From: Pseudomonadota bacterium | GTDB taxonomy: Bacteria; Pseudomonadota; Gammaproteobacteria; Xanthomonadales; Rhodanobacteraceae | Assembly: GCA_021781425.1 (NCBI GenBank) | Contig: JAJXWU010000026.1 | Coordinates: 1 to 52,887 of the forward strand | DNA: 52,887 nucleotides | Reading direction: 5' to 3' | Shown: in pieces, positions 39,558 to 48,872 of the stretch | How the letters are laid out: the number at the start of each line of letters is the position of its first letter | Position numbering within the stretch: position 1 is the first letter of the stretch | Translations under genes and position numbers: made by a program | The notes under the pieces: generated by a model | The model's input: only the letters and a program-made list of their open reading frames with translations | Told to the model about the DNA's origin: nothing | Database searches by the model: none

Positions 39558-40094
39558 ATGACTCAGACGGCAAATTCCACCCTCGAGTTGCCCAACGCCC
39601 TGTTCGAATTGGCGTATCAGGAGCTGCGGCGAATCGCGCGCGGCCAGCGCCGCGCCGCCGGCGGCATGGTCACGCTCGACACCACCGCGCTGGTCCACGA
39701 GGTGTATCTGAAATTGCACGCGGTGCCAGAAGCGCAATCGCTGGATCGCGCACATCTGCTTTCGCTTGCCGCGCGCGCGATGCGGCAGATTCTGGTCGAT
39801 CACGCACGCAGCCGTGGACGCTTGAAGCGTGGTGGCGGCATTGCCATCACCGGATTGGGCGATGACATTGGCATCGACGCCAATCCGTTGGATCTGGTCG
39901 CGCTCGACGACGCGCTAGGCAAACTGACAGGCATGGATCCACGCGCCGGGCAACTCGTGGAATGGCGCGTGTTTGGCGGTCTCGACATCGCCGAGATAGC
40001 GCGCTTGCAGGACTTGACGGAACGCACCGTGTTCCGCGACTGGCGCCGCGCACGCGCTTGGCTGATACGCGAACTCGAACTCGATCCGGCCTGA
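39558..40094 (+). CDS. ECF sigma factor, TIGR02999/ECF43-like
   Basis: YQELRRIA, TLDTTALVHE.YLKL, AARAMRQILVDHAR..KRGG, LDDAL..L and TERTV.RDW..ARAWL. Confidence 0.92.
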   Translation: MTQTANSTLELPNALFELAYQELRRIARGQRRAAGGMVTLDTTALVHEVYLKLHAVPEAQSLDRAHLLSLAARAMRQILVDHARSRGRLKRGGGIAITGLGDDIGIDANPLDLVALDDALGKLTGMDPRAGQLVEWRVFGGLDIAEIARLQDLTERTVFRDWRRARAWLIRELELDPA

Positions 40095-40096
40095 AC

Positions 40097-43033
40097 ATGG
40101 ACGCGCAACGCTGGCAGCGGGTTGCGGAGATTTTCGACGCGATGGCCGACGCGCCGCCACATTCGCGCGCCGAGGAGTTGCAAAGGCTGTGTGCGGGGGA
40201 TGCGGAAGTCCGTCGCGAGGTCGAAGCATTATTGGCTGCGGATGCGCGTGCGGAAACCTTCGAGCATGGCGTGGATGCCGCGCGCAACGCGACCGCCGCG
40301 GCGTGGGTGGATTCGGCAGAGAGTGCTGCGTCCGCCGGTGCGCGCATCGGACCGTGGCGGCTGCTGCGCGAATTGGGCCGCGGCGGCATGGGCGTGGTCT
40401 GGCTGGCCGAGCGCGCAGACGGTGCGTTCGAGCAGCGCGCCGCGCTCAAGTTGATCAAGCGCGGCATGGATACCGATGCGGTGCAGGCGCGCTTCCTGCG
40501 CGAGCGCCGCATCCTCGCGCGCCTGGAACATCCGCATATCGCGCACCTGCTCGATGGCGGCATCGCCGCAGACGGGCGTCCGTATTTCGCGATGGAATTC
40601 GTCGATGGCCAGCCGCTGCTGCGTTATTGTGCGGACGCGCACATGCGACTGGCCGAGCGCGTCCAGTTGTTTCTGCAAATCTGCGCGGCGGTGCAATTCG
40701 CGCACGGCCAACTTGTCGTACATCGCGACATCAAGCCGTCGAACATCCTGATCGCGGTCGATGGCTCGGCCAAGTTGCTCGATTTCGGTATCGCCAAATT
40801 GCTCGACGATTCGGGCGACGGACACACCGCCACGGTCGACGTGTTGCATCGGCCGTTAACACCCGCCTACGCCGCGCCCGAGCAACTGCGCGGCGAGGCG
40901 GCCACCACCGCTACCGACATTTATGCGCTCGGCTGCGTGCTGTACGAGCTGCTGACGGGCAAACGTCCGTTGGCGCCGGAAGCGTCGACGCCGGCGGAAA
41001 TTCTGCGCGCTCAGGACACCACCGATCCGGCCGCGCCGAGTCGCATCGCGGCCGCGGATTCGCCGGTGCCGGCGCGATTGCTGCGTGGCGATCTTGACAC
41101 CATTGTGCTGAAGGCGCTGCAGCGCGAACCGCAGCGGCGCTACGCTACCGCTGCCGCGCTCGCCGAGGACTTGCAGCGCTTCCTGTCTGGCCAGCCAATC
41201 GCCGCGCGACGGGATCACACCGCTTATCGCGTGCGCAAATTCGTCGGCCGCCATCGCCTCGGCGTCGCCGCGGCGACGACGGGCTTGCTGTTGCTGATCG
41301 GCGCGCTTGGGTTCGCGCTGTGGCAGGCACAGGCCAAGGCGCGCGAGGCGCAGGTATCGCAACAAGTCACGCAATTCCTGATTGGCCTGTTTGGCGGCGC
41401 CGATCCCACCCACGCGCGTGGTGCGACGTTGACCGCGCAGGATCTTCTGGATCAAGGCACCGAACGCTTGCGCGCAAACGGCAGCATCGATTCCGCCGTA
41501 CGCGCGCGATTGTTGCAAACCGTGGCGATCACCTACACCGACCTGGGATTGTACGATCGCGCACTGCCGCTCGCGCAACAGGCGCTGGATTTGCGTCGCG
41601 CCCGGTCCGATCCGCTCGAATTGGCGGAAAGCCAATTGCAGGTTGGCCGCATCCTGCGTCTGAAATCCGCTTACGCCGGCGCCGAACCGTTGCTGCGCGA
41701 AGCGTTGCGCATCCGCGACGCGCAACTGGCATCCGACGATCCGGCCATCAGCGAAGCCGAAGACGAACTTGGGTTGTTGCTGGGCGCCCGTGGCCGCTTT
41801 ACCGACGCCGATGCGAGGTTCCGCGCCGCGCGCGCCGTGGCCGAACGCCACTACGGCGTCGGCGCCATCGAAACCGCGCGCTATCTCGACGACTACGCCG
41901 CCAACCTGGACGACATGGGCAAGCGTACCGATGCATTGGCCTTGTACCGGCAGACGCTGGCGATCCGCGAAAAACAGCTCGGACCTGACACTGCCGATGT
42001 CGCCAGTTCCTTGCTCAATCTCGGCACGCATCTGGACGAATCCGGCAGGTATGATGAAGCGGTACCTTTGCTCGAGCGTGCGCTGAAAATTCGCCGGAAA
42101 ATATACGGCGACGCGCATCCCTTGGTCGGTTTTGCGGAAATCGGTTTGGCAAGTGTGTATGAAGACGACAATCGTCTCGATGCCGCGGAGAAACTCGCGC
42201 AGGACGCGTTGTCGATCTTCCGCGTTGCGCTGCCGCCGGACCATCCGAAGATCAGTGAAGCACTGAACCTGCTCGTCACAGTACACGTAGCACGCCGCGA
42301 TTATGCCGGCGCAGTGCCGTTGGCGCAGGAAGTATTGGCGCGCTTCACGAAGACACTCGGCGAAGATCATCCGAATACGCTTACCGCAAAAAACAATCTT
42401 GCCTACGCATTGCTGCACTCGGGTCGCTTTGCGGAAGCAGAGGAACTACAGCGCGATGTGTTGACGCGCCAGCACGCCGAAAACGGTCAGCCCGTCGAAC
42501 CGACGGCCAATGAAAATCTCGCCAGTACCTTGATCGCCGAGGGCAAGTTCGCCGAGGCGGTGAGCTACGAACAGCGCGCCGTGGAAATTCAGAAGCAACG
42601 CGAGGGCGAGGTCTCCGGCAACACGGCGGTCGCCCTGAGCGGCCTTGGTGTTGCCGAGGAGTTGAATGGCGCTAGCGCAGATGCCGAACGCGACTTGCGC
42701 GCCGCGCTGGTCATTGGCGGGAAATTGCACGCGACACAGAACATCGACATGTTCCAGTGGCGCCTGCCGCTCGCCGATCTTCTAATTGGCGAGAAGCGCT
42801 GCGATGAAGCCGTGCCGCTACTTGATGCAGTGATCGACGAATTGAAACCACGCATGCCCTTGCTCGACCCTTTGCCACTGGATCAGGCGCATTTGCTGCT
42901 CGGTTATTGCCGGGGTGGTGCGCATGGTGCCGCGATGCAAGCAGCCGCGCGCAAGGCGTTGCGCGCGATACCGGCCGTTGACGTGGACATGTATCCGACG
43001 TCGCGGAAATTGCTGGGGCAATCGGCGCGCTGA
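40097..43033 (+). CDS. Hanks-type Ser/Thr kinase with TM helix and TPR repeats
   Basis: LGRGGMGVV, ALK, HRDIKPSN, DFG and APE; one TM segment; multiple TPRs (LG.D.P..A..L.NL). ATG 40097 lies 2 bp after the ECF stop. Confidence 0.94.
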   Translation: MDAQRWQRVAEIFDAMADAPPHSRAEELQRLCAGDAEVRREVEALLAADARAETFEHGVDAARNATAAAWVDSAESAASAGARIGPWRLLRELGRGGMGVVWLAERADGAFEQRAALKLIKRGMDTDAVQARFLRERRILARLEHPHIAHLLDGGIAADGRPYFAMEFVDGQPLLRYCADAHMRLAERVQLFLQICAAVQFAHGQLVVHRDIKPSNILIAVDGSAKLLDFGIAKLLDDSGDGHTATVDVLHRPLTPAYAAPEQLRGEAATTATDIYALGCVLYELLTGKRPLAPEASTPAEILRAQDTTDPAAPSRIAAADSPVPARLLRGDLDTIVLKALQREPQRRYATAAALAEDLQRFLSGQPIAARRDHTAYRVRKFVGRHRLGVAAATTGLLLLIGALGFALWQAQAKAREAQVSQQVTQFLIGLFGGADPTHARGATLTAQDLLDQGTERLRANGSIDSAVRARLLQTVAITYTDLGLYDRALPLAQQALDLRRARSDPLELAESQLQVGRILRLKSAYAGAEPLLREALRIRDAQLASDDPAISEAEDELGLLLGARGRFTDADARFRAARAVAERHYGVGAIETARYLDDYAANLDDMGKRTDALALYRQTLAIREKQLGPDTADVASSLLNLGTHLDESGRYDEAVPLLERALKIRRKIYGDAHPLVGFAEIGLASVYEDDNRLDAAEKLAQDALSIFRVALPPDHPKISEALNLLVTVHVARRDYAGAVPLAQEVLARFTKTLGEDHPNTLTAKNNLAYALLHSGRFAEAEELQRDVLTRQHAENGQPVEPTANENLASTLIAEGKFAEAVSYEQRAVEIQKQREGEVSGNTAVALSGLGVAEELNGASADAERDLRAALVIGGKLHATQNIDMFQWRLPLADLLIGEKRCDEAVPLLDAVIDELKPRMPLLDPLPLDQAHLLLGYCRGGAHGAAMQAAARKALRAIPAVDVDMYPTSRKLLGQSAR

Positions 43034-43041
43034 CCGGCCTT

Positions 43042-43072
43042 GCCGCAACCCAGACTCTCACTAGGTTGCGGC
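43042..43072. terminator. Hairpin between convergent genes
   Basis: GCCGCAACC...GGTTGCGGC stem; no U-tract. Confidence 0.4.
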
Positions 43073-43085
43073 GCACGCAGCCTTG

Positions 43086-43646
43086 TCAGGCCTTGTGACA
43101 GGTTTCCTCGTCGGTTTTCACCCACTTGCCGGTTTTATCTTTCATCAGGCCGGTATGGCTCGAAAAGCCTGAATCACCGTCGGTGAAGACGTCGCGGAAG
43201 GAGCCCGGCCTGCCGTTCATCAATACCGTTTCGTCGAAGGTGATGCTGTTGCCCTTCCAGCCGGGACTGATGCCCGTGCTGTAGCTGTCGCCGGTGTTGG
43301 TGAACAGCACGGTGACGAAATGTTTTTTCGTGGTGTCGTAGCCGAAGTACTGCACGACGCTGAAAGGCTTCGGATTGGCCGCGGTCTTGTCTTCGTCGTA
43401 ATGGATTGCGACCCAATGGTCGTCGAGAGTTTTCTCGCCGTGGAATTTGCCGGTGGTGGCGTGGCCGGGGCGCTTGCCCATGGCCATCTCGTTGCCGGTG
43501 CAAGTTCCAGCGCCGACGAAACGATCCAGTTGTGTGGATGACGACGCTACGGCCTCAGGTTGGGCCATGGCCTGGCCACTGGCGAACGGTGCGGATGCGC
43601 AAAACAGTGCTGCAAGAATTGCAAGAGGTGTACGTTTCATGGTCAT
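43086..43646 (-). CDS. Secreted DUF1579-like beta-barrel protein
   Basis: Signal peptide; LDRFVG..TC.G, YFGYD...K.F and GW.G. Confidence 0.65.
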   Translation of the reverse strand: MTMKRTPLAILAALFCASAPFASGQAMAQPEAVASSSTQLDRFVGAGTCTGNEMAMGKRPGHATTGKFHGEKTLDDHWVAIHYDEDKTAANPKPFSVVQYFGYDTTKKHFVTVLFTNTGDSYSTGISPGWKGNSITFDETVLMNGRPGSFRDVFTDGDSGFSSHTGLMKDKTGKWVKTDEETCHKA

Positions 43647-43695
43647 GTTCTCCGGTTGATGGAATGCAACGATGCGGCGGCGCGCGTGCGCAGCG

Positions 43696-45123
43696 TTAGT
43701 CGAAACCGTTGGCGAAAACCACATCGCGTACTTGTTGTTGAAAGGCGCCGATGTCGGTGGCGCCGTTCACGGTTCGGGCAAAGCCGCTGCCGCGCTGATC
43801 GGTGCCAAGGCTGGAATTGTTGTTGCCGTGGCCGAAAGCGGGACTGCCGTCGCGGAAGGCGTGCGTTTGCGTCGGCCCACCGTTGTTGGCGAGCGGCAGC
43901 AGCAACGGATCGTTCGCCAGCGTGCCGGCCGGCAGCGCTACCTTCACGGATGCGCTCATCACGATATTGTTCGCGCCGGTGATCGTCAGCACCTGGCTCG
44001 GCTGCACGACGCTGTAGACGTCGGACTCGACGCCGTTCGAAGTGTTGTTGGCAACGATGGAACTGTCAAAATCGACTGCATAGTGCGCAATGGAATTGTA
44101 TTTCTGGTTGTTGAACCAGATCGCCGGGCCGTTCGTGGCGCTGTTGAAGGCCACGGTGGAATTGCGCAGGGTCAGGGTCTTGCCGACGAAAATCGCACCG
44201 ACACTGTAAGCGGTGCCGGTTGCGGTGTTGCCCGAAACGGTGCTGTTCGCGATGGTCAGCAGTCCGCTGGACGAAATCGCGCTGGTGGAAGCGGCGCTGT
44301 TGCCCGAAATGGTTGAGTTCTGAATCGTGGATTGCGGTCCGGGTCCGGTATTACCGAAAGGGCCGATGATGCACAGCCCGCCGCCATCGCCGCCCACGGC
44401 GTTGCCGGTTACGCTGCTGTAGCTGGCGTCGATGTAGCCGTTGCCGCCGCCGAGTCCGGGGACGCCGGCAAAGGCGCCGCCGCATTGAGCGTACGAGCCA
44501 TAAGTCGGCGAGACGAACGCGGTCACTGAATTATCGCGCAAGGTGCTGTTGTTCATGATCAGTCCCTTCATCGCGCCGATACCGCCGCCGATGCCGATTG
44601 AGCTGCTGGAGACGCTGCAATACTTGACCTGGGAGTTTTCCATATCCACCACGCCGGCCGAATACACGCAGCCGCCCAGCACGGCGCTCGATGTGTATTT
44701 GCCAGTTGGAATCGGTATCGCATCCGTGTCCGTCGCCTTGCCGAACTGCAAGGTCAGGCGTTGTAGGGTCAGTTTGCTTGTGCCGGTGTGATGGAAAATG
44801 CGGTGGTTGCTGCCGCTCAGGATGAAACGATTACTGTTGTTGCCGTTGTATTTCACCGTCAAATCGTTCTGTGGCACTACGATCTCGCCGCTGCCCAGCG
44901 TGATTGAGCTGCACTGCATCGTCACGGGATTGAGCACGATGGTATCGCCGGTCGCGGCATTGGCGATTGTGTCGCGCAGGCTGCCGGCGCCGGTATCGTT
45001 GCAGTTCTGCACGTTGTCGTAGGCCGCAAAACACACCGGCGCGAATGCGGTCAGCGCGAATGCCGTGGCGATGCAGGCGGCGAGACGGCGGCGCGACATG
45101 GGATTAGTGCGGATCGTGCGCAT
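43696..45123 (-). CDS. Secreted beta-helix protein with choice-of-anchor Q domain and C-terminal DxVFxNGFD tag
   Basis: NCNDTGAGSLR, STISGN repeats, DPLLLPLANNGGPTQTHA...DQRG...DIGAFQ; ends DVVFANGFD. Confidence 0.88.
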   Translation of the reverse strand: MRTIRTNPMSRRRLAACIATAFALTAFAPVCFAAYDNVQNCNDTGAGSLRDTIANAATGDTIVLNPVTMQCSSITLGSGEIVVPQNDLTVKYNGNNSNRFILSGSNHRIFHHTGTSKLTLQRLTLQFGKATDTDAIPIPTGKYTSSAVLGGCVYSAGVVDMENSQVKYCSVSSSSIGIGGGIGAMKGLIMNNSTLRDNSVTAFVSPTYGSYAQCGGAFAGVPGLGGGNGYIDASYSSVTGNAVGGDGGGLCIIGPFGNTGPGPQSTIQNSTISGNSAASTSAISSSGLLTIANSTVSGNTATGTAYSVGAIFVGKTLTLRNSTVAFNSATNGPAIWFNNQKYNSIAHYAVDFDSSIVANNTSNGVESDVYSVVQPSQVLTITGANNIVMSASVKVALPAGTLANDPLLLPLANNGGPTQTHAFRDGSPAFGHGNNNSSLGTDQRGSGFARTVNGATDIGAFQQQVRDVVFANGFD

Positions 45124-45140
45124 GGATGGCTCCCGTGGAC

Positions 45141-46556
45141 TCAAAGCGAAGGATTGTCGAAGCCGTTTTTGAAGACGCCGTCGAACGGGGCCAAGCGCGC
45201 AACCGCCATATCGGTGCCGCCAGGGGCAATCGTGTCGCCAGCTGCGATCAGTTTGCCGTTGGCGAATGTGGCCGAGCGGCCGTGGTTGGTGGTGGTCAGC
45301 AGGCCGATTCCGTCGGGCCGTTCGTTGAAGTACACGCCTTCGGTACCGTTGCCGTTGAAGCCGGTGTCGAGACTGAAGTTGGAATACGTGCCGGGAAGGT
45401 TCAGCCGCGCGATGCCGAACATCAGGCCATATGCGCCGCCGGGGCCGCTCGCGTAACTCTGGTTTCCCGAGCCGATCGCGAGCAACTGCGGATACTTCGT
45501 GTCGTAGCCGTCGAGCACGAGCTTTGCGATGGTGTCGTTGCCGCCGCCAGTGCCGAAGGCGAACGCGAATTTTTCCGAGTAGAGCAGGCCGCTGGAAAAG
45601 TACGTGTTGAGATTGCCGTTGGGATCGAGCAGGGCCAGCGCGGCTTGCCCGTTCGCCTGTCCACCCAGCGCGATGTAACCGGTCGGCGTGAGCGCCACCG
45701 CGTTGGCGTAGTCGCCGTTGTCGCCGAAGTCGATCGTGGTCTGGCCACCGCTGCCGAAGGTCTGGTCGACGTCGTACAAATTGCTGAGAATTCGGATCGC
45801 AGCGAAGTCGTAGTTGCCGCTCGCGCCGCGGTGGTAGCCGACAACGACGTAGCGGCCCTGGCTGTCGATGGCCAGATCCTGTGCGTGATCGTCCTGATTC
45901 GCGCCGTTGCCGAATTCGTACTGGAACGGCTGATTGCTCGATCCGTCTGCGGCAATCTTGTTGAAGTAGAACTCGTTGCTGTTGAAGCCGCCCGGGTTGG
46001 CGTAATAGGTGCCGGCGATATCGATGCTGCCGTTCGCTTCGATGACAAGGCGCGACAGGTAATTCGAGTCCCCGGCGGGCGGTACGATTGATAGAGCGCC
46101 AGTTCCACCTGCAAAGGTCAGGTCGAATGAACCATCCGGGTTGTACCGTTCGATCAGAATGTGGTTGTTGAAATTTCCGCCGACGACGATGCGGCCGTCG
46201 GGTTGCAGGCCAACGGCTGCCGCTCGCGTTCCGGTGTTTCCAACGGTTACATACGCGGAGTGCGCGTTGGCGAAACTCGTATCAATGCTGCCGTTTGCGT
46301 TGAGTCGTTCCAGATGCCAAGCGTCGAACCCATCAACGGAATCGGAGTCGTACCCGACAACGACGATCTTGCCGTCCTGCTGAACAACCGAGTCTTGCGC
46401 AACAGCTTCCGTGTAGCGACTTGGGCCGACTATTACTTTGCCACTGGATCCAAACGTCGGGTCCAGCACGCCGGAGTCCACCGGCGTCCCTGCCCAGGCA
46501 AACGTGCAGGCGAGCGCCAGTGCAACGCATGCTGTGATTTGTCTATTCGGTCGCAT
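45141..46556 (-). CDS. Secreted delta-60 repeat (beta-propeller) protein with C-terminal DxVFxNGFD tag
   Basis: Repeats LDPTFG..G, VQ.DGKIVV.G and RLN.NGS.DTSF; tail DGVFKNGFD. Confidence 0.88.
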   Translation of the reverse strand: MRPNRQITACVALALACTFAWAGTPVDSGVLDPTFGSSGKVIVGPSRYTEAVAQDSVVQQDGKIVVVGYDSDSVDGFDAWHLERLNANGSIDTSFANAHSAYVTVGNTGTRAAAVGLQPDGRIVVGGNFNNHILIERYNPDGSFDLTFAGGTGALSIVPPAGDSNYLSRLVIEANGSIDIAGTYYANPGGFNSNEFYFNKIAADGSSNQPFQYEFGNGANQDDHAQDLAIDSQGRYVVVGYHRGASGNYDFAAIRILSNLYDVDQTFGSGGQTTIDFGDNGDYANAVALTPTGYIALGGQANGQAALALLDPNGNLNTYFSSGLLYSEKFAFAFGTGGGNDTIAKLVLDGYDTKYPQLLAIGSGNQSYASGPGGAYGLMFGIARLNLPGTYSNFSLDTGFNGNGTEGVYFNERPDGIGLLTTTNHGRSATFANGKLIAAGDTIAPGGTDMAVARLAPFDGVFKNGFDNPSL

Positions 46557-46595
46557 AACCCACCATTTCGATTCGCCACGGGTAGCAGCATGGTG

Positions 46596-46625
46596 GGTTA
46601 CGTCATTCGGGGCGGGTTACTGACA
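46596..46625 (-). promoter_or_regulatory. Putative ECF promoter, copy 1
   Basis: Minus strand TGTCAGTAA-CCCGCCCCGAATGA-CGTAACC, 39 bp upstream of the delta-60 gene. Confidence 0.7.
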
Positions 46626-46718
46626 TGCGCCTCGCGCGACTCGCGATCGGGTCCGGCGTGGTTGCCGGTGGAAGCGCTATCGCGTCGAAACGGATACGTC
46701 GTGATGCGGGAGTTGGCG

Positions 46719-47231
46719 CTATTGCACGCCCGTCGGTGCTTGGACATTGGCATAGTCGTAACGGGTTTCCACGACGCTGTGGTTCGGCAGGGTCAGTGTG
46801 CTGCCCTGCATCAACCCGCTGGCATCCAGAATCCGCACCATTTGATCCGTGCCCGCCTCGTTGTTGTGGACCTCGTATACGCTTACCAGTTGCCCATCGA
46901 CGGTTTGCTTGCCTACCAAAGTGCAGATATCGGGATGCGTTTTCAGCTTATCCTGCGCCCCTTCGAGCATCGCTTGCTGGCTCATCGGACTGCGCATCCA
47001 TTTGCCATGAAACAGCAGGTACTCGACGCCGCCGGCGTATACGGCTTCGCCGGTCTGCGGCCTGCCGTCGCGCAAAGTCGTGGTCGAATAGACGTGGTGC
47101 GGAGTCTGCACGGACTTGATGCCAGCCTGATACAGCGCATCGCAAGTATTGTTGGCGTGCGACGCTGGCGCGAGCGCGACATAGGCGAAAACACATACGG
47201 CGAGCGCACACTGGTTGATGTTCGGATTCAT
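46719..47231 (-). CDS. Secreted hypothetical protein
   Basis: Signal peptide ending ASHA; two Cys in the mature part; ends YDYANVQAP. Start 47231 or 47240. Confidence 0.7.
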   Translation of the reverse strand: MNPNINQCALAVCVFAYVALAPASHANNTCDALYQAGIKSVQTPHHVYSTTTLRDGRPQTGEAVYAGGVEYLLFHGKWMRSPMSQQAMLEGAQDKLKTHPDICTLVGKQTVDGQLVSVYEVHNNEAGTDQMVRILDASGLMQGSTLTLPNHSVVETRYDYANVQAPTGVQ

Positions 47232-47433
47232 GGATTTCACCCGGGATGATGACTAACGGAAGGTCTCTGGCAGCGCAAACAGCTTTTTGCAAATCCCGCC
47301 GGATGGCTGCCCGAGCCCGGCACTTCGGATTTTCGCGCAGCCCAGCGCGATGACGCCGATGTCGCAGGCATGGTCGCGACATTTGGCCGCAGTGCATGAA
47401 TTTGCGTTGGATCGCCGTTGCGCATCGGCAGAC

Positions 47434-47820
47434 TCAGCGCTGCTTTTTCCAGGCATGCTGCGTCAGGGTCTGTACCCGGTCTTCGCAGGAGTCGGCGATC
47501 TTGCTCAGGCTCAATTCGTTGCCCGCGGATTTCCAGCGATAGCTGCCTGTCTGTTCCCCGGCCTTGGTACAGGCCCACGGGCCGCCCGTGTCCGAGAGCT
47601 GCATTTGATCGCCGTTGACGGTGTAATTGCCCTCGACCATGGTTGTGTTGTTGATGCTGGCGCGATAATGCCCGTGAGCATCGAAGGCAAAGGTGACGCC
47701 CGAAACCATATAGGCTCCCGCCAGAGAATCGGCTGCGCGAGCGGGCAGTGCAGCGAATGTAGAACAAGCCGCAATCGCCAAGCCGGTCGATACGTTGAGA
47801 AAACGTCTGCTTGCGTGCAT
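47434..47820 (-). CDS. Secreted hypothetical protein
   Basis: GAGGA RBS; signal peptide ending ARA; G.Y...GD.....D..G...C....G.Y.W...DSC..R pattern. Confidence 0.72.
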   Translation of the reverse strand: MHASRRFLNVSTGLAIAACSTFAALPARAADSLAGAYMVSGVTFAFDAHGHYRASINNTTMVEGNYTVNGDQMQLSDTGGPWACTKAGEQTGSYRWKSAGNELSLSKIADSCEDRVQTLTQHAWKKQR

Positions 47821-47842
47821 GCTCTTGTCCTCATCGGTTGAT

Positions 47843-47872
47843 GAATAAGTCACTCGACGCGGGTTACTGACA
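47843..47872 (-). promoter_or_regulatory. Putative ECF promoter, copy 2
   Basis: TGTCAGTAA-CCCGCGTCGAGTGA-CTTATTC, 22 bp upstream of ATG 47820. Confidence 0.6.
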
Positions 47873-47875
47873 TTC

Positions 47876-48853
47876 CTACCCGCGTGCCGCGAACACCTTG
47901 GCGCACAAGGCGCCGAGTTTCTTCGCCAGGGCGTCGCCGCGATCCTTGGTGATGGCGGTCATGCCATCGGCGTTGTCGGTGCCGGTGATATCCACGCTGC
48001 ACACCAGATCGCCCTTGCGTGCCACAACCTGCGTGCCGCCGCGTCCTTGCAGTGCGCTGTCGCCGATGCCGGCGAGCGCATCCATCCTGCCGTTCGACGG
48101 ATCGCTGGCGATTTTCCAGGCGAACTTGCCATCGTCGCCATTGGCCAGGCTGATCGTCACCGTCGCGCCGGCGGCGGCGTGGTAGGAACACGACTGCGGA
48201 TTGAGTCGGTTGGCTTGTCTGACCACTGGCGCGATGAGGATGCTCGCAACGTCGCCGGGTGCGATATCGCTGGCGCACGCGTCTTGCAGGTTATTGCTCT
48301 TGGAAGCGCCGCTCGCGGCAATTGCCGCATGCGGCAGGTTGAGCCGCGCAAAAATCGTATTGCACAGCGCGCCGATTTTCTGCTGCTCCGGTATCTTGTT
48401 CAGCGCAATGCTCATGGCGCCGGGACTGATGTCGCAAAGCACGTCGTCCTGCTGCGCCTGCACCTCGTGCAATTGCGCCAGCCATACCGCTTCGTCGCCG
48501 ACGCCGCTCATTGTTTGCCATTTGCTGTAGGCGTTCATGCGCCCGGAAGTGAACGAGCCGATCGTGGCGCGACCCAGGCCGGGGCGCAGTGCGACCGTCA
48601 ACTCGGCTGCGTTCGCGCCGGTACCGGCGGTGAAGATGCAGCTCTGCGCATCGCCGGGCAGCGGCTTGGTGCCGGTGATGGGTTGGTCGAGCACACCGAC
48701 AAGGTCGGCGGCGCCGAGCAATTTCAGATCGCAGACATTGCCGGATATTTTCGGCGCGGCGGCAGAAGCGTGGCCGGGCGTGGACTGCGTGCAGGCAGTC
48801 GTCGCGCAGATGGCGGCGGCGAGGGCGAGCGGAATCAAGTGGCAATAGGACAT
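47876..48853 (-). CDS. Putative lipoprotein with two tandem DUF3558-like domains
   Basis: Lipobox-like TTAC; duplicated unit C...D...L..P....QSC.(F/Y)...G(V/I)GD.A...D..C.....K.GALC..F. Confidence 0.65.
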   Translation of the reverse strand: MSYCHLIPLALAAAICATTACTQSTPGHASAAAPKISGNVCDLKLLGAADLVGVLDQPITGTKPLPGDAQSCIFTAGTGANAAELTVALRPGLGRATIGSFTSGRMNAYSKWQTMSGVGDEAVWLAQLHEVQAQQDDVLCDISPGAMSIALNKIPEQQKIGALCNTIFARLNLPHAAIAASGASKSNNLQDACASDIAPGDVASILIAPVVRQANRLNPQSCSYHAAAGATVTISLANGDDGKFAWKIASDPSNGRMDALAGIGDSALQGRGGTQVVARKGDLVCSVDITGTDNADGMTAITKDRGDALAKKLGALCAKVFAARG

Positions 48854-48872
48854 GGTGGCATTCCTAGGCAAG

